Shown one piece after another: positions 18,490-25,270 of a DNA stretch of 25,270 bases. Made by a program: the position numbers and the translations under genes. Each line of letters opens with the position of its first letter. The stretch's first letter is position 1. The stretch is from a virus. Taxonomy: Duplodnaviria; Heunggongvirae; Uroviricota; Caudoviricetes. The stretch lies in the IMG/VR virus record IMGVR_UViG_2713897042_000013, positions 1 through 25,270 of that record, one strand, 5' to 3'. Below the pieces are notes generated by a model. The model ran no database searches. It saw only the letters and a list, made by a program, of their open reading frames with translations, and was not told the DNA's origin.

Positions 18490-18669
18490 TTATTTCAATA
18501 GTTTCTGAGCTTCAGCGACTAGATCTGCATGTCTTTTCATTAGTGGTGCGATAAGACTTTTCTTGTTTTCATCAGAGTACGTTGCCATAGCTATTTGCAA
18601 GGTATTATCAGCGATCTCTTGAAGTGACATATGGATTGTGTGGAGTCTTCTTGTGTCAAAGTCATTCAT
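18490..18669 (-). CDS. Small hypothetical protein (59 aa) on the minus strand inside the Q-S intergenic insert
   Basis: Hand-translated MNDFDTRRLHTIHMSLQEIADNTLQIAMATYSDENKKSLIAPLMKRHADLVAEAQKLLK. AAGGA about 10 nt upstream. Confidence 0.4.
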   Translation of the reverse strand: MNDFDTRRLHTIHMSLQEIADNTLQIAMATYSDENKKSLIAPLMKRHADLVAEAQKLLK

Positions 18670-18994
18670 TTGTGTTTAATCCTTCTTTATATGAATGCTA
18701 ACATTAGCATAACATTTCTGAAGTACATAACCAACCAAACACAAAGCATACAAAACAATCACCTTATCCGCTGTGGTACGGTGCGGTGTGCTTTGCATAA
18801 AAGAAAACCAGCTCAATGGCTGGCTTCGTGAAAGCGGGTGGCAAGAGGCTGCGCTAACAGCCTCATGCCGTTTTGCCCGTGCATATCGGTCACGAACAAA
18901 TCCGATTACTAAACACAGTAGCCTGGATTTGTTCCATCAGTAATCGACCTTATCCCTAATTAAATAGAGCAAATCCCCTTATTGGGGGTAAGAC

Positions 18995-19318
18995 ATGAAG
19001 ATGCCAGAAAAACATGACCTGTTAGCCGCCATTCTCGCGGCAAAGGAACAAGGCATCGGGGCAATCCTTGCGTTTGCAATGGCGTACCTTCGCGGCAGAT
19101 ATAATGGCGGTGCGTTTACAAAAACAGTAATCGACGCAACGATGTGCGCCATTATCGCCTGGTTCATTCGTGACCTTCTCGACTTCGCCGGACTAAGTAG
19201 CAATCTCGCTTATATAACGAGCGTGTTTATCGGCTACATCGGTACTGACTCGATTGGTTCGCTTATCAAACGCTTCGCTGCTAAAAAAGCCGGAGTAGAA
19301 GATGGTGGAAATCAATAA
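18995..19318 (+). CDS. S: Holin/antiholin S (lambda S107/S105)
   Basis: [32 protein letters not shown]… with the Met1-Lys2-Met3 dual-start motif; matches lambda S. Confidence 0.95.
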   Translation: MKMPEKHDLLAAILAAKEQGIGAILAFAMAYLRGRYNGGAFTKTVIDATMCAIIAWFIRDLLDFAGLSSNLAYITSVFIGYIGTDSIGSLIKRFAAKKAGVEDGGNQ

Positions 19319-19778
19319 TCAACGTAAGGCGTTCCTCGATATGCTGGCGTGGTCAGAGGGAACTGATAATGGACGGCAGAAAACCAGAAATCATGGTTAT
19401 GACGTCATTGTAGGCGGAGAGCTATTCACTGATTACTCCGATCACCCTCGCAAACTTGTCACGCTAAACCCCAAACTCAAATCAACAGCAGCCGGACGTT
19501 ACCAGCTTCTTTCCCGTTGGTGGGATGCTTACCGCAAGCAACTTGGTCTGAAAGACTTCTCTCCGAAAAGCCAGGATGCAGTTGCATTACAGCAGATTAA
19601 AGAGCGTGGCGCTTTACCGATGATTGATCGCGGCGATATTCGTCAGGCTATCGATCGTTGCAGCAATATCTGGGCGTCGTTACCTGGTGCAGGTTACGGT
19701 CAGTATGAACATAAAATCGGTGACCTGATTTCCCGGTTTAAAGAGGCTGGTGGGGTGGTAAATGAAGTTGAGCTATAA
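19302..19778 (+). CDS. R: Endolysin R (lytic transglycosylase)
   Basis: Matches recalled lambda R over most of its length; the C-terminal ~25 residues diverge. Confidence 0.95.
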   Translation: MVEINNQRKAFLDMLAWSEGTDNGRQKTRNHGYDVIVGGELFTDYSDHPRKLVTLNPKLKSTAAGRYQLLSRWWDAYRKQLGLKDFSPKSQDAVALQQIKERGALPMIDRGDIRQAIDRCSNIWASLPGAGYGQYEHKIGDLISRFKEAGGVVNEVEL

Positions 19779-20154
19779 GCTGGTTATCGCTGCATTCTTC
19801 TTTACTGTCATTGGTTCTTTCATCTGGTCTGCCAACCACTACTACAGCAAATATCAGCACGAAAAGAAACGTGCTGATGAGGCTGTACAAAATGCTGAAT
19901 CTGCAACAGCCATTACCCGTAACGTCCTGCAATCACTGCAACTCGTCAATACAGTTATAGAGGTTAACCAGCATGCAAAACAGCAGATCGCACTGGAGTC
20001 ACAGAGAACCCAGAAAGATATCAAAGTGGCTGTTGCGGATGATGATTGTGCTGCAGGCCTTGTGCCTGCTGCCGCTGCTGAGCGGTTGCGGAAGTACGCG
20101 AACAGTTTACGTGAGCATTCCGGTGGTTCCGTTACCAGCCACCCTGACGGCTGA
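19762..20154 (+). CDS. Rz: Rz-type inner-membrane spanin (130 aa), not lambda Rz
   Basis: N-terminal transmembrane segment (LVIAAFFFTVIGSFIW) then a helical periplasmic domain. Position directly after R. Confidence 0.75.
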   Translation: MKLSYKLVIAAFFFTVIGSFIWSANHYYSKYQHEKKRADEAVQNAESATAITRNVLQSLQLVNTVIEVNQHAKQQIALESQRTQKDIKVAVADDDCAAGLVPAAAAERLRKYANSLREHSGGSVTSHPDG

Positions 20155-20296
20155 AACGCCTTATCCTGACATTCCGGATAATATGACATGGGGTAATAGT
20201 CTTAATTTAAATGTCAGTCTGCTATCGGCACTTGGCCAGTGCAATCGGGATAAGGCTGATATCAGGCAGGCTGAGAAAAAAAGAGCGGGCTTCTAA
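20039..20296 (+). CDS. Rz1: Rz1-type outer-membrane lipoprotein spanin, overlapping and extending beyond Rz
   Basis: +1 frame relative to Rz. Lipobox LLSGC followed by a proline-rich sequence. Start codon uncertain (Met at 20039 or 20042). Confidence 0.6.
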   Translation: MMIVLQALCLLPLLSGCGSTRTVYVSIPVVPLPATLTAETPYPDIPDNMTWGNSLNLNVSLLSALGQCNRDKADIRQAEKKRAGF

Positions 20297-20302
20297 GCCC
20301 GC
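20274..20302 (-). terminator. Intrinsic terminator for the minus-strand cassette; the hairpin also contains the Rz1 stop codon
   Basis: Minus strand: GCGGGC-TTAGAA-GCCCGC followed by TCTTTTTTT. Confidence 0.75.
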
Positions 20303-20323
20303 ATTATGGTGAATATTATGATT

Positions 20324-20884
20324 TTAAAGTACCCACCAGCGGATCGATTCCGTGGGTATGGTTGCAGCCTCGACTTGATGAACAATTCCCAACTCGGAGG
20401 CCCTTCCGGGATGAAGGATGGTTGCCGAAGTGATCAAATCCTTCCAATCAGCAATCTCACTTGGATTTTTCTTTTTTGTTTCAATATCCATGATTTGAAT
20501 AAATCGATTTAGATCGTCATCGAGGCATGAAGCCCATTCTCTCAATCGTAGGTGATCTGCGCTGGGTGCGGCGAACCCCCAATGCAGTGGGTGAAGAAGG
20601 AAGCGAGAAAGTGGGTTGGCAGTTCGCACTTCTCCAGCCATATAGATCACGTTTGCGATTGATTCAACATTACTGAGGTTATGCGTAGTAACCTTTACAC
20701 CAAGTGACTTTAAAAAATTGTAAGCAGTAAAGCCTGAAACTGTATCTCCACCTTTGCTGGAAATATAGAGCTTAATTTCTGTTGCTGGTTGATTAGTATT
20801 TGAAACTGCTTTTAAGCAGACATCCATCAGATTAGTTACAGAGGCAACTGTAACATCTGTCAAAAAATGTACCGTATGGATCAT
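20324..20884 (-). CDS. ClpP-fold serine peptidase-like protein (186 aa)
   Basis: GAGGAG ribosome-binding site. LYISSKGGDTVSGFTAYNFL…SNVESIANV…SRFLLHPLHWG aligns by eye with ClpP (YINSPGG…GQAASMGA…SRVMIHQPLGG), with the catalytic Ser and His positions conserved. Confidence 0.85.
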   Translation of the reverse strand: MIHTVHFLTDVTVASVTNLMDVCLKAVSNTNQPATEIKLYISSKGGDTVSGFTAYNFLKSLGVKVTTHNLSNVESIANVIYMAGEVRTANPLSRFLLHPLHWGFAAPSADHLRLREWASCLDDDLNRFIQIMDIETKKKNPSEIADWKDLITSATILHPGRASELGIVHQVEAATIPTESIRWWVL

Positions 20885-20962
20885 TTTTACTCCTCAATGG
20901 CAGGTCGCTAATGCAACAGGAAATGCAAATAATCGAATGTTATTAGAGCATCAAAGTAGAGC

Positions 20963-21511
20963 CTAGCTCTGTGGCGTGCTTAAGCATTTTGCTTCGTAAT
21001 GTACCCTCATGGAAAACATAGCGAATAACATAATGAGCTTATCGCGTAAGCTTGTAGAGGATCCCGTGAAACTTACAACCCTAGTTTCTGCTCCGTAAAC
21101 CCCAAGCTTAAAATCTCTAATGGGGGTCAAGCTATCAGGGTAACCGTGCTCCATTAGACTTGTTAAGGAGTCAATCTCACTGTTAGTGATGTCAGAGTTG
21201 TTAATTTGATGTGAGCGTTTGTTTCTGAAGTTGTTGAACCTTCGAATAAATTTGTTTAGCTCTGAGCTCATCCCATAGTTCATCGCAAGCTGAGCTTTAA
21301 TGGCAAAATCCATGTTGATATTTTCGCCAAAACCGCTGAAGAAATCCCTGTTACCAGAGGCACAGATAATCCAAGCTTCCAAGATTTGTTCAATCAAAAG
21401 GTGAGTGCGGAGATAGATACCAATGTCATCTTGGGACCGAACTATAGTCATTATTCTATCGGGTTGATGGGATGCTAAAGTCAACTCTTCAAAATGAGTA
21501 AAATCAAACAT
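20963..21511 (-). CDS. Hypothetical protein (182 aa) with a HEPN-like RNxxxH motif
   Basis: AAGGA ribosome-binding site. Motif FRNKRSHQ (R-N-x3-H). Lies upstream of the ClpP-like gene on the same strand. Confidence 0.8.
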   Translation of the reverse strand: MFDFTHFEELTLASHQPDRIMTIVRSQDDIGIYLRTHLLIEQILEAWIICASGNRDFFSGFGENINMDFAIKAQLAMNYGMSSELNKFIRRFNNFRNKRSHQINNSDITNSEIDSLTSLMEHGYPDSLTPIRDFKLGVYGAETRVVSFTGSSTSLRDKLIMLFAMFSMRVHYEAKCLSTPQS

Positions 21512-21686
21512 ATTGATTCCTTGTAGAGGCTATTTTGTTGCTAATATCTTGTAAATTTGAACGTTTACTATCGATTTGTCTAACAAAAAAATCCTGAGGT
21601 TTTTATGGCAAAACCGTAGTGGAATACGCTTCGATTCTGAAAAGGATGCCACATATCGCACGTGAACCAACCAAGAGTATTATGCA

Positions 21687-22037
21687 ATGCCCTCACGAAC
21701 CCCAAAAGCCTGCCGTGTTCGCGGCTGCCGCTCTACAACCACAGACCCTTCAGGCTACTGCGAAAGCCACAAAAGCGAAGGCTGGAAGCAATACAAACCT
21801 GGACAATCCCGTCATCAGCGCGGCTACGGTTCGAAGTGGGACAGTATCCGCGCGCGTGTCCTGAAGCGTGACAAAGGCCTGTGTCAGTTATGTCTGCGTT
21901 CTGGTGTGGTGCGTGAGGCGAAAACTGTTGACCACATCATCCCTAAAGCGCATGGCGGCACTGATGCTGACAGTAATCTGCAGAGTCTGTGCTGGCCGTG
22001 CCATAAGGCGAAGACGGCCCGTGAACGGTTAAAGTGA
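21687..22037 (+). CDS. HNH endonuclease (packaging-associated), 116 aa
   Basis: Cys/His-rich; …VDHIIPKAHGGTDADSNLQSLCWPCHKAK… is an HNH motif. Located just upstream of the small terminase subunit. Confidence 0.8.
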   Translation: MPSRTPKACRVRGCRSTTTDPSGYCESHKSEGWKQYKPGQSRHQRGYGSKWDSIRARVLKRDKGLCQLCLRSGVVREAKTVDHIIPKAHGGTDADSNLQSLCWPCHKAKTARERLK

Positions 22038-22063
22038 TAATAATTCTCAACTGTCTGAGGGGA

Positions 22064-22123
22064 GGGGCGGGTCAAATCCCTGTGACCTGACGTCTTCCGG
22101 ACTGCCCGCCCCATCGTTTTTTT
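22064..22123 (+). other. Long-loop inverted repeat GGGGCGGG…CCCGCCCC followed by a T7 run; terminator or packaging-site (cos) associated structure
   Basis: Read directly in the HNH-terS intergenic region. Confidence 0.35.
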
Positions 22124-22162
22124 ATACCCGCGAAAAATGAAATTTAACCAGGAGTGCCGCAT

Positions 22163-22657
22163 ATGGCTGGAACGGCGGGGCGTTCCGGGCGTCGCCCCAA
22201 GCCAACGGCGCGCAAGGCGCTGGCCGGAAACCCCGGCAAGCGAGCCCTGAATAAAGATGAACCTGTTTTTACGCCCATCAAAGGTGTTGAGCCACCGGAG
22301 TGGTTCGCTGAAGAAGATCTCCCTCTCGCTACGATCATGTGGCAACTGACAACTAAAGAACTCTGCGGTCAGGGCCTGCTGTGCGTGACTGACCTTGCGG
22401 TGCTTGAGCGGTGGTGCGTGGCCTACGAGTTCTGGCGACGTGCCGTGAAAAATATTGCCAGACAGGGCAACACCATCACCGGTGCAATGGGCGGTATGGT
22501 CAAAAATCCGGAGCTGACTGCCAAAAAAGAACAGGAGTCCGAGATGAGCAGTACGGGGGCAATGCTCGGACTCGACCCCAGCAGCCGCCAGCGTCTGATT
22601 GGCCTGGCGGGGAAGAAGAAAGCCACTAACCCGTTTCTGAAAATCATCGAATCATGA
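22163..22657 (+). CDS. Terminase small subunit (P27/HK97-like family)
   Basis: ATG at 22163 with GGAG 9 nt upstream. Basic N-terminus [27 protein letters not shown] typical of the P27-family small subunit. Directly precedes the large subunit. Confidence 0.8.
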   Translation: MAGTAGRSGRRPKPTARKALAGNPGKRALNKDEPVFTPIKGVEPPEWFAEEDLPLATIMWQLTTKELCGQGLLCVTDLAVLERWCVAYEFWRRAVKNIARQGNTITGAMGGMVKNPELTAKKEQESEMSSTGAMLGLDPSSRQRLIGLAGKKKATNPFLKIIES

Positions 22658-24387
22658 GCCGGAAATCTTACCCCAACGTAAATGCTGCAAATCAGTATGC
22701 CCGGGATGTCGTCCGCGGAAAGATTGTTGCCTGCCAGTTTGTGATTCAGGCCTGCCAGCGCCATCTTGATGACCTGATGGCGGAAAAAAGTAAGTCGTTT
22801 CGTTACCGCTTCGACAAGGACCTGGCTGAACGGGCCGCGAAATTTATTCAGCTGTTGCCGCACACCAAGGGGGAGTGGGCATTCAAACGGATGCCCATCA
22901 CGCTGGAGCCGTGGCAGCTATTTGTGATCTGCTGTGCGTTTGGCTGGGTCAATAAAGGCACCCGGTTGCGCCGCTTCCGGGAGGTGTACACCGAAATCCC
23001 CCGTAAGAACGGCAAATCAGCAATCTCTGCCGGTGTTGCCCTGTATTGTTTTGCCTGTGATAACGAGTTTGGCGCGGAAGTGTATTCCGGTGCCACGACA
23101 GAGAAACAGGCGTGGGAAGTCTTTCGCCCGGCGCGACTGATGTGTAAACGCACACCCATGCTGACGGAAGCGTTCGGGATTGAGGTTAACGCCTCAAACA
23201 TGAACCGTCCGGAGGATGGCGCGCGGTTTGAACCGCTGATCGGCAACCCAGGTGATGGTTCATCACCCCACTGTGCCGTGGTTGATGAATATCACGAGCA
23301 TGCCACCGATGCGCTTTATACCACAATGCTTACCGGGATGGGGGCGCGACGTCAGCCACTGATGTGGGCCATCACCACCGCCGGGTACAACATTGAGGGG
23401 CCGTGCTACGACAAGCGGCGGGAAGTCATCGAGATGCTCAACGGCTCGGTGCCTAACGATGAACTGTTCGGGATCATCTATACCGTTGATGAAGGTGACG
23501 ACTGGACCGACCCGCAGGTGCTGGAAAAAGCCAATCCAAATATTGGCGTGTCGGTTTATCGCGAATTTTTGTTAAGTCAGCAGCAGCGTGCGAAAAATAA
23601 CGCCCGTCTGGCAAACGTCTTTAAAACAAAACACCTCAATATCTGGGTGTCGGCGCGTTCGGCGTATTTCAACCTGGTGAGCTGGCAGAGCTGCGAGGAT
23701 AAATCACTGACTCTTGAGCAGTTCGAGGGGCAGCCGTGCATTCTGGCCTTTGACCTGGCGCGTAAGCTGGATATGAACAGCATGGCGCGACTTTATACCC
23801 GCGAGATTGACGGTAAAACGCATTACTACAGTGTGGCCCCGCGTTTCTGGGTACCGTATGACACGGTGTACAGCGTCGAGAAAAATGAAGATCGCCGGAC
23901 AGCCGAACGCTTTCAGAAATGGGTGGAAATGGGCGTTCTGACCGTTACCGATGGTGCAGAGGTGGATTATCGCTACATCCTCGAAGAGGCCAAAGCGGCG
24001 AACAAAATCAGCCCGGTCAGTGAGTCACCCATCGACCCTTTCGGAGCGACCGGGCTGTCACATGACCTTGCTGATGAAGACCTGAATCCCGTTACTATCG
24101 TCCAGAACTTCGCCAATATGTCCGACCCGATGAAAGAGCTGGAGGCAGCGATTGAATCGGGACGCTTTCATCATGACGGCAATCCCATCATGACCTGGTG
24201 TATCGGCAATGTGGTCGGCAAAAACATGCCAGGTAACGATGATTTAGTGAAGCCCGTCAAAGAGCAGGCGGAAAACAAAATCGATGGTGCAGTTGCGCTG
24301 ATTATGGCGGTTGGCAGAGCCATGCTGTACGAGAAAGAAGACACGCTGTCTGACCACATTGAGTCCTATGGGATCCGCTCGCTTTAA
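22654..24387 (+). CDS. Terminase large subunit (577 aa)
   Basis: Walker A-like PRKNGKS, size and position; start overlaps the small-subunit stop. Confidence 0.93.
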
Positions 24388-24398
24388 CTGAGGTAATT

Positions 24399-24581
24399 AT
24401 GATCATGCTGATTCTCGCGCCTCTGGTGGGCGTGCTGGGGGCGCTTTTGCTGGCGTATGGTGCCTGGCTGATTTATCCCCCGGCGGGGTTTGTTGTTGCC
24501 GGGGCGTTGTGTCTGTTCTGGTCGTGGCTGGTGGCGCGATATCTCGACCGTACACAGTCGTCTGTCGGCGGAGGTAAATAG
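24399..24581 (+). CDS. Small predicted membrane protein (60 aa, two hydrophobic segments)
   Basis: ORF from the track between the large terminase and portal genes. Confidence 0.5.
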
Positions 24582-25270
24582 TGTTCTTTTCGGGATTATT
24601 TCAACGAAAAAGTGACGCACCGGTGACCACGCCAGCAGAGCTGGCGGATGTTATCGGGTTGTCCTACGACACCTATACCGGAAAGCAGATCAGCAGCCAG
24701 CGGGCCATGCGACTGACGGCGGTTTTTTCCTGTGTCAGGGTGCTGGCGGAGTCGGTCGGGATGTTGCCCTGCAACCTGTATCACCTGAACGGCAGTCTGA
24801 AGCAGAGAGCCGCTGGCGAACGTCTGCATAAGCTGATCTCCACGCATCCCAATGGCTATATGACGCCGCAGGAGTTCTGGGAGCTGGTGGTCACCTGTCT
24901 GTGCCTGCGGGGAAACTTTTACGCCTACAAAGTGAAAGCATTTGGCGAAGTGGCTGAACTGCTGCCCGTCGATCCCGGCTGTGTGGTACCGAAGCTTAAC
25001 AGTAGCTGGGAGCCGGTCTATCAGGTCACATTCCCGGATGGCTCCACGGATGTACTGAGCCAGGAGGATATCTGGCATGTGCGCACGCTGACGCTGGACG
25101 GACTGGTGGGGCTGAATCCCATCGCCTATGCCCGCGAGGCAATATCGCTGGCGGCAGCGACCGAAGAGCACGGGGCCAGACTGTTCAGCAATGGCGCGGT
25201 GACGTCGGGTGTGTTGCGTACAGAGCAGACGCTGTCAGATCAGGCTTATGAGCGCCTGAAGAAAGATTTT
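24581..25270 (+). CDS. Portal protein (HK97-family-like), 5' partial; continues past the window end
   Basis: GTG start at 24581 with GGAGG 8 nt upstream. Open reading frame runs to the window edge, so it is absent from the ORF track. Position after terL. Confidence 0.8.
   Translation, partial: MFFSGLFQRKSDAPVTTPAELADVIGLSYDTYTGKQISSQRAMRLTAVFSCVRVLAESVGMLPCNLYHLNGSLKQRAAGERLHKLISTHPNGYMTPQEFWELVVTCLCLRGNFYAYKVKAFGEVAELLPVDPGCVVPKLNSSWEPVYQVTFPDGSTDVLSQEDIWHVRTLTLDGLVGLNPIAYAREAISLAAATEEHGARLFSNGAVTSGVLRTEQTLSDQAYERLKKDF

Noticed and set aside
18214-18994. Possible tRNA genes or stx-like cargo between Q and S
   Set aside because: No tRNA-like conserved arms (for example a GTTCGAATC-type T-loop) and no large ORF were seen; only a 59-aa minus-strand ORF is present.
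22411-23246. ORFs antisense to or out of frame with the terminase genes (22411..22629, 22423..22863, 22848..23246, 22934..23140, 22949..23155)
   Set aside because: They lie inside the well-supported terminase small and large subunit genes.
24596-25171. 191-aa minus-strand ORF
   Set aside because: Antisense to the portal gene reading frame, which is open to the window edge and has a GGAGG ribosome-binding site; the translation is Gln/Arg-rich antisense-type sequence.

Overview
The window is the left ~24 kb of a mosaic lambdoid prophage integrated at the phage lambda attachment site, next to the host gene ybhC (1..1284, minus strand). The attL core GCTTTTTTATACTAA and lambda P' arm sit at 1331..1418. 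From there the gene order is: lambda int and xis; a long leftward (pL) operon carrying accessory genes and a P22-type recombination module (erf with flanking cIII-, kil- and arf-like ORFs) in place of exo/bet/gam; an N-like antiterminator with nutL; lambda-type oL/pL; a two-gene module in the position lambda uses for rexA/rexB; a near-lambda cI, oR and cro; a non-lambda cII; lambda O (with ori iterons), P, ren, the nin genes (ninH apparently missing) and Q; a non-lambda insert between Q and S; lambda S and R with a different Rz/Rz1 pair; a minus-strand two-gene cassette; then HK97-type packaging genes (HNH endonuclease, small and large terminase, partial portal). No tRNA, rRNA or CRISPR array was seen. 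The two candidates for an undescribed system are the translationally coupled pair at the rex locus (9501..11005) and the HEPN-motif protein plus ClpP-fold serine peptidase cassette after the lysis genes (20324..21511). All identifications rest on reading the translations and recalled family knowledge; no searches or computations were run.
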